The notes below the pieces were generated by a model. It did not search any database, was not told where the DNA came from, and saw only the letters and a list, made by a program, of their open reading frames with translations. A DNA stretch of 64,000 nt from the human T2T-CHM13v2.0 reference genome, Homo sapiens, in NCBI RefSeq assembly GCF_009914755.1, contig NC_060943.1. The stretch is one strand, 5' to 3'. Made by a program: the position numbers and the translations under genes. Position 1 is the stretch's first letter. Every line of letters starts with the position of its first letter. Below, piece after piece: positions 1 to 29,493 of this stretch.

Positions 1-639
1 TAATGTTCTCAGCTCTGAGTGCACACATTGTAAGTCTGAATGATGCCAATGATATGGCCACTTAGATAAGTAAAGTTTGGGAGCATCTCAAATAGTATTT
101 TTATTCTCTGGGTGCAGGATGAGCTTCCTAGAGTCTGATGTGATACCTATTTGATGCTTTTACAAAGAATCAATAATCTTCCTCCTTTGAGGTGTGAGCA
201 GGGCTTTCCAGCAGCCCTCAGAATGTAACATGGTCTGCATTCGGTTTGCTCTTGGAGGATACCACCATTGTTGGCTGAGAGCTCTGGGAAGTACTTTACC
301 CAGAAGGCGCTAGTTGCAAGGCCCAGGATGAGGGATTTCTGGGCATGCTTGTCAGGCCAGGGAGTACTGGGTTGGGACTGAGAAGGCACAAGAGGAGTAG
401 TCATCTCTGCTCCCAAGTGGCAGGTCTGAGGCTCATAGGCACTGGCTGGGGTGATGCCTGCTCCACCCACAGTTGATGGCAGCAGCCACACTGAGGGACC
501 TAGCTCAGGTAAATGCTGTGTATTACAGGCTTCACCCCAGCTAGAGTAATACAGGTAGAGGAACCAATAGGTACAAAGGCTTGGAGGTGCATCTGAGCCA
601 TGAACATTTCAGAACCTGGTAACCATGTTGTGTCATGGA

Positions 640-945
640 AAGTGGGGAACTACATTACCCAGAAAGCTCTGCTTTAAACGACAGCCGGTCAGAGCCAGTG
701 AGCACTCGGAAAGAAGGCATTTCCACGTGTGCACGTAACGTAAGGCCGAGACTTCCGGGGTCTCTAGTAGCGGCTGTGTATCGGCGATGCGGGTGTTTCC
801 CCAGTTTGTGGCCCCTGAGTGCTGGGTGGGACCGCGGTGACTGAACCTAGAAGGTGGAGAGGAATCCTCCTCAGTGCCCAGAGGCGGCTCTGCAGCCCCG
901 TGACGGCGACCACTGCTCCCGGGCCGTGCTTCCCCAAGTAGTCCG
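640..945 (+). promoter_or_regulatory. ZNF587: ZNF587 CpG-rich promoter / 5' UTR
   Basis: CpG-rich region directly upstream of the ATG. AACTACATTACCCAGA (648-663; ZNF143/THAP11-type SBS motif), CACGTG E-box (~724) and ACTTCCGG ETS site (751-758). Confidence 0.8.
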
Positions 946-978
946 ATGGCAGCGGCTGTGCCGAGGCGCCCAACTCAG
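946..978 (+). CDS. ZNF587: ZNF587 coding exon 1 (MAAAVPRRPTQ)
   Basis: ATG at 946, 33 nt, donor CAG|GTAATT at 979. Typical KRAB-ZNF first exon. Confidence 0.9.
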
Positions 979-1118
979 GTAATTGTGGTGCCTTCTGTGC
1001 CCTCAGGTCACCCCATCGTCACCCAGGTCCTAAACCAGCGAGGGAGCGGCTCCTGCTCGTGGGTCTGTAGCCGGTACCCGGCGTAGGGACACTGAGGCGC
1101 TCACAGGAGGCCTCTCCT

Positions 1119-2424
1119 TGTAACCGTCCAGTGGGTTCACCTTGCCAGCTGCCTAGACAGAGCCGATTTATGAAGACTGGGGAATTGCGATGGAGAAATA
1201 GTAATTCACGCAGAGCCGTCCTGCTGTTCGGGAGACAGGAGTTTTATTATTCAAATCAGTCTCCCTGAGCATTCTGGGATCAGAGTTTTCAAAATTTGGC
1301 GGGTAGGGGCTTGGGAAGTGGGGAGTGCTGATCAGTCTGGTTGGAGATGGATTCATAGGGGGTTAAAGTGAGTTTTTCATGCTGTTTTCTGTTCTGGGTG
1401 GGATGGCAGAACTGATTGACCCAGATTACCGGTCTGTGTGTTGTCCGCTGATCCATCCAGTGCAGGATCTGCAAAATGCCCCAAGCACTGATCTTAGATA
1501 TTGGGGAAACCAGCCCCACACCACCCAGCAGATACCCCGAGTCCTGCGGAGACAAAGGAGTTAGAAAGAGACAGAATACGCATTTAAAAGGCGGGTCCAG
1601 GTGGCCAGAGCATTGGAGGCTTCCTGGCGGCCCAGAGCTCTTGGGCTCCACCCAGTTTATTGGTTTACAAGCTCTTTGTTCTTATGGCTGATTGGAGGGG
1701 GAGGAAGGGATCAGGAAAAGGATTAATCAGTAAAGGAGAACTCGTGAGTCATTCCATAAGATGTAAAGCACTGGCCGTTTCTGTGAATTTCCTTGAACAA
1801 AGGCGTGTGTCTAAACTACTTAAGATCTTTAACTTAACTGAAACGGGTGGCTGCGGGTTTCAGGAGGAGCCAAGATGTTTGATTATGCTCCACTGCTTCA
1901 AGGGAGTGTGATCTCCCTGAGCAACCCACGGAATGCTGCTGAAGAGTTATGCTCTCGGGGCATAAAGACATGAAGGCAATAAGGAGACTTTTCTCCTCAG
2001 AGGCCGCCCATGGCTTCCCATGGGTGTCTCACACAGGGGAGACCAACTCAACTAGCACCCCAGAAACTCACATTAGGTTTTACAATAGTAAGGTTATCTT
2101 CAGGAGCAACTTGGGGAGGTTCAGACTCTTGGAGCCAGAAGCTGCATGACCCCTAAACCGTAATTTCTATTCTTGTAGCTAATTTGTTAGTCCTGCAAAG
2201 ACAGGCTGGTCCCCAGGCAAGAAAGGGGTCTTTTCAGGAAAGGGCTATTATCAATTTTGTTTCAGAGTGAAACCATGAACTGAATTCTTTTCCAAAGTTA
2301 ATTCAGCCTATGCCCAGGAATGAAAAAAGACGGCTGAAAGGTTGGAAGCAAGATGGAGTCGGTTAGGTCTGATTTCTTTCACTGTCATAATTTCGTCAGT
2401 TATAATTTTGCAAAGTCGGTTTCA
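1119..2424 (-). mobile_element. Solo LTR (LTR8-like, ERV1/MER4 group), antisense in ZNF587 intron 1, interrupted by a second LTR
   Basis: TG..CA termini (TGTAACCGTCC... / ...GCAAAGTCGGTTTCA) match the recalled LTR8 consensus. The site is empty in the paralogous ZNF814 intron (~39540). Confidence 0.7.
1499..2072 (-). mobile_element. Solo LTR14-like (HERV-K14/HML-1) nested in LTR8
   Basis: Minus strand starts TGTGAGTTTCTGGGGTGCTAGTTGAGTTGGTCTCCCCTGTGTGAGACACCC, as in recalled LTR14B. AATAAA on the minus strand at ~1656. Approximate TSD TTAGA/TTAGG. Confidence 0.7.
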
Positions 2425-4621
2425 CCTGTTTCTGACACCAGTGGGATGCAGTGGGGAGAGTGACAGGCACAGGTAGGGGTGCAGGCAATGGCCTGCAGAT
2501 GGACAGAGCTGGAAGGATGGAACCTGGGGTTCACAGGCATCTGTCAGGAACAACGTGTGAGATGGAGCTCTTCCTGGTAGAGCAAGCAGGCCAGGGGCTG
2601 TGCATTCATCATGAGGATTCTAGAAGCCATGGAGAGTTTTGAAGAAAGGAGGGACATGATCCAAATCCAGGCTTTTAAGAAGTTTCCCAAAGGCCAATCA
2701 AAGGAAGAACATCATAGAGAGAGAGGATGAGGACTTTGGGGCCTTGGGAGGTTGAATCCGTTTTGTAGATCACATAGATGGTAGAGATGACATTTTGCAC
2801 TGAGAAAAGCAGGTCAGACAACCAGCCTTAGGGTTACCTGGTTCCAGGGACAAGAAAGGGTTCAGGGAGTCCTGAGCTTATCAAATCCTGTGACATGTTT
2901 GTAATGTCTGCCTTTCCCCTCAGGCACTCCTGGCTGCAGAAGCACTTAGGGAACCCACACAGGGAAGTGGAGGGTGTTCCATTCCCTCATTGGTCCTGAC
3001 CCCATCTACAGTTTCTCTAGCTTGTGGTGTCCTGGGACTCTTAAATGCCATTTTTTCAGTCCTTTGATCCGAGGACCCTGGAGAATCTCTAAACCCAGGA
3101 TACTAAGGCCATGGCAGGTTATAAGTAGTATTCCCATTTCTGTCAACCAATGTAAACACCCTTGTAAGATTAACCCAGGATTTGCTACCAGGTTGTGAAA
3201 TGCTTAGAGATAAAACGGATCAAAGTCAGGAGGTGATATTACCACAGTTCTACCTGGCTACAGGCTTCATCTGGCTGGACCTTGTTGCATAGACTGTGGG
3301 TTGAGGGAAGAGGAAGAAAGGTCAGAGATAAGGCTCCTGCCATAATCCAGGTGAGGGTTAATGGATCAGATAAGTGGTAAATCACATGGGTCTGGATTCA
3401 GGATTCACTTTTTGTAAAGAGACAGCTAGGTTTTCTTTTTTATTTTTTAACGTGGAATTTCAGTCTTGTTGCCCAGGCTGGAGTGCAATGGCGCAATCTT
3501 GGGCTCACTGGAGCCTCTGCCTCCCAGGTTCAAGCAATTCTCCTGCCTCAGCATTCAAGGTAGCTGGCATTACAGGCACCCACCATCATGCCCAGCTAAT
3601 TTTTGTATTTTTAGTAGAGACGAGGTTTTACCATGTTGGCCAGGCTGGTCTCGAACTCCTGACCTCAAGTGATCGTCACATCTCGGCCTCCCAAAGTGCT
3701 GGGATTATAGGCATGGACCAATGCGCCCAGCCGAGACAGCTAGGCTTTTTTTTTTTTTTTTTTTTTTTTTTTTTGAGACGGAGTTTCACTCTCTTGTCCA
3801 GCCTGGAGTCTAGTGGCACAATCTCAGCCCACTGCAACCTTCACCTCCTGGGCTCAAGTGATTCTCCTGCCTCAGCCTCCTGAGTAGCTGGGATTACAGG
3901 CATGTACCACCACACTCGGCTAATTTTTCTATTTTTAGTAAAGTCGGGGTTTCACCATGTTGGCCAGGCTAGTCTCAAACTCCTGACCTCAGGAGATTCG
4001 CTGGCCTCTGCCTCCCCAAGTGCTGGGATTATAGGCACGAGCCACCATGCCTTGCAGACAGCTAGATTTTCTAATGTGGATGATAGGAGCATGAAAGAGG
4101 AATCGGGCATGAGCCCAAGGTTTTTGATCTTAGCAGCTGTAACCATGCACACTGCTTCAGCTGAGATGACGTTGGTATTGACATAATATTCACTGTGGAT
4201 ATCCAGAGGGTTGTTTTGGCCATATGAAGAATCAGAGACCAATAAGTGGTGGCATCAAATCGATAACTAGACATACTGGATGGGGTATCTGGGAGGGTGT
4301 TGATACTGGAGACATCCAATATATGAAAGCTAATGAGTGAACTATGATTAGTTATGGGTCCATTTAGGAGGACATGCTTCAGATTATGGTGGTAAATCTT
4401 TTCAGGGGGCAGAAAGGTGTGATTACAGGCTGAGGACTGGATCTCTTACTTACGTCCTCAATTGATGTTATTGGGCTTCCTAAACACCTGAGAGGGTGTG
4501 AGTGACCATCATAACAGGACATTTAATACAGTAGAGTTTGGAAGGGGACATAGACATCCAAAGAGATAATAGAGAAGAGATAGATGCATGCAGAAGCACA
4601 GGAGTAATTCAGGGAAGATGA

Positions 4622-4894
<273 letters not shown>

Positions 4895-5625
4895 TGATCT
4901 GCCTGCCTCGGCCTCAAAGTGCTGGAATTGCAGGCGTGAGCCACTGTGCCTGGCCAGTTGTAACTATTTATCACTGTCTGGACTCATAAACATTTTGAGA
5001 TGACTTTGGGAGTGCCTGGGGAGTTTCATTCAGCCTGGTGCATATGGGCAGTGAAAAATATGCTCATCTGTGATAGTAGATGTGGTTTGGTTCACAAATC
5101 CAGGGGCTGGGCTTTAAACGGCATTAGGTGGACAGAGGAGGGTTGCTACAGCTGAGGTCTCAGCTGGTGCAGCACAAAAGTGAAATAGGGCCATGGCTAT
5201 CTGAAGCCATATGTGGTTCTGTGTGGCTATGGAGTCATTCCAGGAGACGTTCACAGGATGATTTGGGATTACCACTGCTATTGTAAACCATGGAAATTCT
5301 GTGTTAATATTGGATGCTATTTGTATTTGTCAAGCATAGTCTGGATGCTTATCCACATTTTGGTATAAGGCCAGAATTGAAGGCCCAATATGATGTGTCA
5401 CTTTGACATCTTGTGAAAGTGGGACAACCTTAAAAGGTGTGAGTACAAATCTCATTCCCACTCTGCTCTCTTGAATAATGTATCCTAGCCTAACAGCCCG
5501 TTTTATCAAGGTGATAAGGCAGGGTTCCAGGTTGTTATATTTTGTGGTGGGTTTCAATTCCATCCCTACCAGCAGAGTTATGGAAACAAACCATTGCATA
5601 TTCCCAAGGGAATCATGGGCCGTTA

Positions 5626-5814
<189 letters not shown>

Positions 5815-5861
5815 TCAAGCCTGGAATCCCAGCACTTTGGGATGCTGAGGTGGGTGGATCA

Positions 5862-6670
<809 letters not shown>

Positions 6671-7007
6671 TAACCAGCATAGTCTCTATCCCCTGACTGC
6701 AAGATCTGCCCAAATCAGTGTCCCAAAGTGCTGGGATTACAGGCGTGAGCCACCGCACCCAGCCCAGAAGGGAGTGGACCTTTTTATGTCAGGACCTCAG
6801 CATGGATACCTATTTGTCCACCTACTTCTTGTTGCTGATGGCATTTGACCAGCAGGCCCATGAAGAGACAAAGGCACCAGTGGATGTGGTTTCAACTCCG
6901 TGTTGGGGACCTTGGGAGGAGGATGGGCAAGGGTGGGTGTGTGGGAGAGGTGGGTTGTGGTACCTCAGCAGAGGGGCTGCTTGTGGTTTCATCTGTCACT
7001 ATCATAG

Positions 7008-7166
<159 letters not shown>

Positions 7167-7285
7167 TGAGCTAGTGTTACTGTTCCCCTGTTTTTCATTG
7201 ACAGGACTGTCTTTCTCACCTAAGGAGCCTGGACACAGGTTCCTTCTGCACTTCTCTGTGTAAGTTGTGTGGTTCGTAGGAGTAA

Positions 7286-7492
<207 letters not shown>

Positions 7493-8481
7493 TAGTAGAG
7501 ACGAGGTTTCACCGTGTTAGCCAGGATGGTCTTGATCTCCTGACCTCGTGATCCACCTGCCTTGGCCTCCCAAAGTGCTGGGATTATAGGCGTGAGCCAC
7601 CACGCCCAGCCACCTTTTCCTCTCCTTAAGCAGCTCCAACACCTGCTTTGCTCCAGGCTCCCAGGGAAGGAGTCAGAGTCAGGAGTCTTATAGGCACCTT
7701 AATGTATCCACTTTGCCTGCCTCTGGCTGTCAGGTGACTGTCCAAATCGGTAGCTCTTGTGTGCCCAGGTTCTATTAACACTTCCTTCCTCTATCTGACA
7801 ATGCTTTGTGCCTCCCTGTGCCAAGAATTGCCTTCATTGACATTGTCACTACCTACATAGACCATAGACCATAGACTCTTCTTGCAAGACCCTGCTTAGG
7901 AATTCTTTTGTAATACTTACCTTACTCTCCTGTGGGCTGTCAGGTGCTTAGTTGTCCTGAGCTAGTGTTGGCTGTTCATCTCTGCTATCTCTCCTTTCAT
8001 AGTTACATCGTCGGGTCCTATGTACTGGGTGTGAGATGGAGAGTCCTCCATGTTTGACAAGATGTGGTTCAATTCAGGCTCATCACGATAGGCTCAAAGG
8101 GAGCCTGTCCCTCAGGAGTGCCATGCTGGGGGAGGGCATGACTTCAGGGGTTTATCCAAATCATACCAGAAACCATTTACATTTGCCAAGTATTTTTGGG
8201 GCAATATGAGTAGGCACACACTATTTGTCTTTTTCTCCCCATTGTTGAGAGTTTCACATGTGTTAGTTCTGTACCTTTTCATTTCTGCAGTGATATCCAC
8301 CCCAGCACTAATACTCACATTTCTGGACTCCACATCTCACCCATTTTTCTTTTGCTTTCATCTGCAGTTGTCTCTGATATTGGTGTATTGATTACGTATT
8401 AGGAAGTGTATGCCCATGGTTAAACCATCTATGACCACCCCTGCTGTGTTGTACTCATGTTTTCTTGGTCTTCACATGTTT

Positions 8482-8550
8482 CTATATATATATAGATGTA
8501 TATATATGTGTGTATGTGTATATATATATATGTGTGTGTGTATATGTATA
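8482..8550. repeat. (TA)n/(TG)n microsatellite at an Alu tail
   Basis: Direct reading. It is absent or short in the ZNF417 copy (~61975). Confidence 0.85.
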
Positions 8551-8557
8551 TTTTTGA

Positions 8558-8698
<141 letters not shown>

Positions 8699-9094
8699 TG
8701 ACTGACTTTTTGTATTTTTAGTAGATACAGGGTTTCACTATATTAGCCAGGCTGGTCTCGAACTCCTGACGTCAGGTGATCTGCCCGCCTCGGCCTTGCA
8801 AAGTGCTGGGATTACAGGAGTGAGCCACCGTGCCCGGCCCATATTCTTCTATATAGCACTCACATGTCATCAGGAGATAAGGTCCTGTACACAACTTGTT
8901 TGTAGAGGAAGGAGCTGTAGACCCTGCCTCTACTCCCTGTGTTGCATATATGCTTGTGCTCTTTACATCATGAAGCCTCCTGGATTCTGTGACCTTTATA
9001 GCCCAGGAATTCTAAGAAGCCCCATCTTTTTTTTTTTTTTTTTTTTTGTGATTGAGTCTCACTCTGTTGTCCAGGCTGGGGTGCAGTGGCGTAA

Positions 9095-9349
<255 letters not shown>

Positions 9350-9406
9350 TGAAGCCAACATTGTGTTCCTGCAAATATTTCTATAGATTAATTCCTCAAT
9401 TTGTGA

Positions 9407-16025
<6,619 letters not shown>

Positions 16026-16786
16026 ACAACAGATTCATACCTCTTTCCTGTTTGAAATTATTTTACTGTGTTTCATCAATCTAATGTTTATTTTTATTAC
16101 ACCAGTAATTTCCTCATTGTGTTGAATCTTACAGTGGCTTATAAATCTACATGTACCTAGAAATGTTTAGCCAGTCCATGTATATTTGATGTGGCACATT
16201 TTTTCCTTTGAATCACATACTCTAAGAGAAGTAACTTCCTCTTGCTAACCTCTACTTTCCCTAAGTGTTGAATTAATCCTCTTTAGATGATTATAATTCT
16301 CTTTTCAATAGCTAGAAAGAATCTATAAGGAACTTTCCTGGCTGGGTGTGGTGGCTCATGCCTGTAATCCCAGCACTTCAGGAGGCCGAGGTGGGTGGAT
16401 CACGAGGTCAGGAGTTCCAGACCAGCCTGACCAACATGGTTAAACCATGTCTTTACTAAAAATGCAAAAATTAGCACCTGTAATCCCAGCTACTCAGGAG
16501 GCTGAGGCATAGAATTGCTTGAACCTGGCAGGCGGAGGTTGCAGTGAGTTAAGATCGTGGCACTGCACTACAGCATGGGCAACAGAGCAAGACTCTGTCT
16601 CAAAAAAAAAAAAAAGAAATCACAGTCCATGTCTGAGGGGTGTACATTGCTTATCAATTTGGAGAGAAAATAATAGATAATGTAATACAATGTTAAAATA
16701 GATTAAAAATTGAGATAGAAAAACTGCTCAATTTATGCTTCACATAAAATTGAAAATTAAATCAAGCCTACACATAAAGGCATTTT

Positions 16787-16872
16787 TTATATATATACAT
16801 ATGTGTGTGTGTGTATATGTACACACATATATACGTATATATGTGTGTACATATACACACACACACACATAC
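16787..16872. repeat. Compound (TA/TG/CA) microsatellite
   Basis: Direct reading. Confidence 0.85.
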
Positions 16873-17430
16873 TTTTTATGTTATTTTTGGAGAGAATCTT
16901 GCTCTGCTGCCCAGGCTGGAATGCAGTAGCATGATCATGGCTCACTGCAGCCTTGACCACCCCCAGGGTTCAAGTGATCGTGCCACCTCAGCCTGCTGGG
17001 TAGCTGGGACTACAGACAGGCACCCTGCCTGGCTAATTTTTGCATTTTTTGTGGACACAGGGTTTTGCCATGTTGCCCAGGCTGGTCTCAATCTCCTCGG
17101 CTCAAGTCAACAGCCTGCCTCTGCCTCCCAATGTGTTGGGATTACAGGAATAAACTACTATGCCCAACTCAAGATTATTTTTTAAATGGTTTATTTTCTT
17201 AGTAAATTGGGGTGCACAAGTCATTAAAAGCAAGGATTAAATTTAAAGGGAAAAATTTGTTTTACTTTTCTACAGAAAATTAAAACCAAAGCACATTAAA
17301 AGTGACAACACGGCCGGGCACAGTGACTCACACCTGTAATCCCAGCACTTTGAGAGGATGAGGTGGGCGGATCACAAGGTCAGGAGATCGAGACCATCCT
17401 GGCTAACACAGTGAAACCCCATCTCTACTA

Positions 17431-17634
<204 letters not shown>

Positions 17635-18176
17635 TTACTTAAAATGTGCAACATAAAAGGTAGTCATTTAGGCTGGGTGCAGTGGTTCATGCCTGTAATC
17701 CCACTTTGGGAGGCCAAGACAGGTGGGTCACTTGAGGACAGGAGTTCGAGACCAGTCAGGCCAATACCGTGAAACAGTCTCTACTAAAAATCCAAAAATT
17801 AGCCGGATGTGGTATCATGCACCTGTAATCCCAGATGTTCGGGAGGCTGAGGCATGAGAATCGCTTGAATGCAGGAGCAGAGGTTGCAGTAAGCTGTGAT
17901 CATGCCATTGCCCTCCAGCCTAGGCAACAGAGCTAGATCCTTGTCTTAAAAAAAAAAAAAAAAAAGGAAAGGAGTCATCTATAATTTTACTACTTATACA
18001 GATTACATTGAGATAAATCGCAAAATATTAGGCAAAACTTTAAAACAATTTTTAACTATCCAGTATATCAAAGAGAGATGCCACACATTGTATTTGTTTG
18101 CAAGAATGTCATTGTGATTACAAAACTGACCACTAACCATTCAGTTGAAGTTGATTGAGAACTTAAAACTATTTCC

Positions 18177-18433
<257 letters not shown>

Positions 18434-18528
18434 TAAGCCCAGCTCATTTTTGTATTTTTAGTAGAGACGGGGTTTCACCATGTTGGCCAGAGCCACCGCA
18501 TTATTTTTCAGCCAGGTGCAGTGGCTCA

Positions 18529-18789
<261 letters not shown>

Positions 18790-18835
18790 TCAAAATAAAT
18801 AAATAAAAATAAAAAATAAACATGATGATCACAGA

Positions 18836-20318
<1,483 letters not shown>

Positions 20319-20662
20319 TCACTCATCTAACATTCCAGAAAATGGAAAGTACTCTACTGTACAGCAAAGTAAATCATTGGTTGTCTGGAGAACAGAAAGA
20401 AAGCCTTTATAAAAAGGTTCCAGGTAAATATAAAGGTGTTAAGTTCATTATTGTGACTATGTTAATGGTTTCATGGGATTATATGAAACTCAAGATTTAT
20501 CACATGCTACAGCTTAAATATGCATAGCTTACTGAATGTCATTTATAACTCATCACAGCTTTAAAATATACTTCAGACTGGCAGCAGTGGCTCACACCTG
20601 TATTCCCACCACTCTGGGAGGCTGAGGCAGGCATATCACCTGAGGTCAGGAGTCCAAGATCA

Positions 20663-20935
<273 letters not shown>

Positions 20936-20961
20936 TCAGGAGATCGAGACCATCCTAGTTA

Positions 20962-21172
<211 letters not shown>

Positions 21173-21782
21173 TTAAAAAAATGCAGTTCAAAAGAAAAAT
21201 ATAGATTTACCATTATTTTTGGAAAACAGGTTTGGCAACTCTATACTGACTACACCAATTCTTCTCATGCCCTAAGTGGGAAAACTAGCCTCCACGGTAG
21301 CAAATATTGATGTGGCACTAAGGCCATTTCCACCTGATTAAGTGGCTGGCTGGTCACAAAGGCCACATCACTGAACTGAGATCTCCCTTCTCCCTATCAT
21401 CTTCCTCCTGTTAATGCAGGAATGACCTTGAGGAGAACAGCCCAGAATGAGTACAGGAATTCACAAAACCTTTAGATTATTTCCTCTGACAATGGCCTCA
21501 ACAATACAATATTCATCATTATGGAAGTCCTGATAATTCCTGTATCTGCATATTCATCATATACGTAGTGACTGGATCATTGTGGATGCCCTTTTAAAAG
21601 ACATGCATTACGCTGCACGTGGTGGCTCACCTGTAATCCCAGGACTTTGGGAGGCTGAGGCCAGCAGATCACAAGGTCAGGAGTTCGAGACCAGCCTGGC
21701 CAACATGGTGAAACCCCATCTCTACTAAAAATACAAAAATTAGCTGGGTGTGGTGGCATGTGCCTGTAGTCCCAGCTACTCA

Positions 21783-21935
<153 letters not shown>

Positions 21936-23214
21936 TTATTCTGTCTCCTCCACTGCCTATAAATAAAGTAATTCTATAAAATTATAATTTCACCTGATAG
22001 CATTACAATCTGTGATGTTATCCTACAGAATTCTGGATATCAGGGCATGTGTCTGCATTGCAAGAGCTGGGCAACAGACTTCGCTCAGCCGTACCAAGTA
22101 CAATGCAATATACCTCGTAAAAGAATTTTGTCTTGTTCAAAAAATGCCAGAAATTGTCACAAAAAATGCCCTGTATCCAGCTGACCTATGAACCCACAAA
22201 TTTTAGTATCCGTGCTACAGATAAAGACCACAAAGCCCTGAAGGTCTTCTCTGGAGGCCTCTGGCAGCTATGCAAAGCAGTCCACAAGTGGAGAAAGCTA
22301 CATTCTGCATTCATACTGTTCCATGAGCCACAAAGTTTAGCTATGCCAACAAAAGCTGTGACCCCCTTCATAGTAACAGGACCTACTTATTTCTGAACCA
22401 CCCATACAGTGACAACAACCCTCAAGATTGAAGAAGGCTGAAACAATAAGGCCTTCATAATAGCACAAACCGGAGAAATGGGAGGCAAGCTGTTCTTAGG
22501 ATCATGACTTGGAGGGTAGAAAATTTGTCAAGATTGATGTGATACCCACAAGATCTCTGAAAGACATAGTCCGTCTTTTCAAGTCAACGTAAGAGGCCTC
22601 TGGGATAAAAATGGGTAACGTCCATGGCATGACTTATCAGACAGAAAAAAATGACAAAGGAAGAAGTGCTGAAGCTACTCAACAAATCCTTCTGTGACTC
22701 GATCAGAAATTAAAAGTTAAAAAAAAAAAAAAAAAAAAGGCCAGGCACAGTAACTCACACCTGTAATCCCAGCATGTTTGGAGGCCAAGGTGGAAGGATC
22801 GCTTGAGCCAGGAGTTTAAGACCAGCCTGGGCAACATGGTGAGACCCTGTCTCTCCAAAACTTAAAAAAATTAGTGGAGCATGGTAGTGCATGCCTGTGG
22901 TTTCAGCTACTCAGGAGGCCGAGGCAACAGAATCACTTAAGCCCAGATCAAGGGTGCAGTGAAATGTGAACACACCACTGCACGCCATCCTGAGCGACAC
23001 AGTGACAACCTGTCTCAAAAAAAATCTAGCAAGGTACCTGGGTATAGTGAAAAATGCACTGTAGCTGCCACACACTTGGAACTTTTGCAGATGCTCAATA
23101 AATGACATTCAATCTAGGTAGGTGGCACTCTCAAAGGGTTACATTGAAAAAGAAATAACATTCCATATACATCTATGGTGTTTTTCTCATGTCAATGTTT
23201 GAGGCTCCAATAAA

Positions 23215-26228
<3,014 letters not shown>

Positions 26229-27799
26229 TTACTCCAAGGAACTACTTGGAGGAACAGGATGTTGGCTTCAGGCGGAAGATGGTGCTATGTATTATTACTG
26301 GACTATAGCGGTCACAGAATGTAGGAGGCCTCATAAGTTAAAGGACACAACCATGTATGTAAAACAGGGAGTACAGGCAGGGTCTACAATCCCTGCATCT
26401 GCAAACCACTCATCTGCAGAATTTATGTCCTCATGACATGTGAGTGCTGTAGAGAGGGATTTGTCCAGGCCAAGGAAAACACAAGCACAACACAGCAGCT
26501 ACTCGAGGAGAGTTTAACAAAGTATATATATTCGCTAACACAAATCTCTATGCCAACACTGGAGAGAACACTGTAGATGGTGACGTATGTAAATGGATGA
26601 GATCTGGGGCCCAGAGATATGAAGATTAGATAGGAGAATGGACATTAGGGTACAAGTTCATGTACAAGTGGGTCAAAAGTTAAAAAAGAAAGAGTAGAAG
26701 CGATAAGGTAGACAAGTGTGATGCTCTCAAGAATGAGGAAGAAAAGACAAATTATGTGTGCCTACTTGCCTTGCCACAAAACTACTACTAAAATAGAACA
26801 GGTTGTTGGTATGCTTTCAATAAAGCCCTGACTCCATGACCTCCTCCAGGGTGCCGCTTTTTTTCTTTTTTTTTTTTTTTTTTTTGAGATGGAGTCTCGC
26901 TCTGTCACCCAGGCTGGAGTGCAGTGGTGCGATCTGGGCTCACCGCAACCTCCCCTCCTGGGTTCAAGCAATTCTCTGCCTCAGCCTCCCGAGTCACTGC
27001 GATTACAGGCATGTACCACCAGGCCTGACTACTTTTTGTATTTTAGTAGAGACAGGGTTTCACCATCTTGGCCAGGCTGGTCTTGAACTCCTGACCTCAT
27101 GATCCACCTGCCAGGGCCTCCCAAAGTGCTGGGATTACAGGAGTGAGCCACCATCCCCAGCCCAGGGTGCCACTCTTTAGGGACTCACTCCTTCTGAGCC
27201 TATTATGCTGAGGCTGAATTCATTTGCATCTTCTGGATCAAATGGAGGACTGTGCCTCCCACCACAATGATGACCAAATACATGGGACATGAATGATGCA
27301 CAGACTAAGGGAAAGACAGAACAAGGGAACAGCCAACATTGTCTCAGAACAACTCAGCCCATGACAGCCCATGAGAGAAAAAAACTGAGTATTTCAAGGA
27401 GAATTTCTAAAGAAGGTCTTGCAAGAACAGCCTCTGGTCTATATAGGCAGTGATGTAGTCTGTGAAGGCAATTCCTGCCACAGGAAGGCATAAGAAAATA
27501 GCAGCTAGAGAAAGGAAGTAGACTGTGGGTACACAGGAACCTGAAATCTGGACAAGGACACCCAAACATCCACAGGACTAACAAGGTGGGCTTCTGACTG
27601 GGAATCCCTCCCTGGGAGCCTGCAGTAAAGCAGGTGTTGGGGCTGCTCCAAGAAAGGAGTAGGGCAGTATGTACACCTCAGACCTACCAACCAAGAACCT
27701 ACCCACAGAACTGAAGCAGGAAGCTGTGTCCATGCTCCTGACATGAGAAAGTCTTACCAATGGGGAAAGATAGGGGAAAACAGAGACTAGCTCAGGTCA

Positions 27800-27952
<153 letters not shown>

Positions 27953-28371
27953 TTATGATGTTGACAGATGAAACTACAAACTGCCCCTATGCTGAGGTAT
28001 CACAATCCATCTCTCCCACACATCTACTCTCGCACATCCTCCTCTCAAGGTCCTCAAACATAGGAGAAACTAGGCCCACTGGTCATGGGGTATAGCCACC
28101 AACAATAGTTGAACAAATAGGTATCTGTGTGGTGGTTGTGACGTAAGAGTCCACCCCCTCCTGACAGGCACTTTCCCTAGTATGGCCAAGGTCATGGAAA
28201 GCCCAATGTGGCACCTTCAGCACAGCAGAGATACCCTCTCTGAACGCACCTCATTCTTTAGACTTCCAGGTACATTCCATGTCCATCCCCAGGTGACTGC
28301 CACACACCACTGGCCTCTCTCTGGCCTTTAAACAACTTAAAGTATATTTTTTTGTTTGTTTGTTTGTTTGA

Positions 28372-28628
<257 letters not shown>

Positions 28629-28885
28629 TGAGGCACCGCGCCCAGCCAGCTTAAAGTATCTTAATTCCCTCCTTTTTCTTCAACTAGTGTGGGTTGATAT
28701 CTACCCCTAGGGCTATAATGTTGGTAAAACAAATTACATCTGATATTCTACACATGTCATCAAGAGCAATCTACAAATCAATTGTATTGAGCCAGGCGGG
28801 GTGGCTCACATTTGTAATCCCAGTGATTTCAGAGGCCGAGCCAGGTGGATTGCCTGAGGTCCGGAGTTTCAGACCAGCCTGGTTA

Positions 28886-29071
<186 letters not shown>

Positions 29072-29292
29072 TCAAAAAAAAAAAAAAAAAAAAAATCAAA
29101 TATATTAACAGCCTGATAAGAGGGACACCACTCACCACAGAGAGCCACATGGGGGTTGCATTGTGGATAAGAGAGAGCAACCATGGCCATGGCATGCAAG
29201 CTTTGTAAGATGAAGAGAGTGTAATGGCCTGATTCCCTCAGGAGGATGCCATTGACTTATTTGAATAACTCTGGACATAAAAATGGAATTGA

Positions 29293-29493
<201 letters not shown>

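Noticed and set aside
1-600. Possible ancient L1 fragment upstream of the ZNF587 promoter
   Set aside because: Too diverged to assign by eye.
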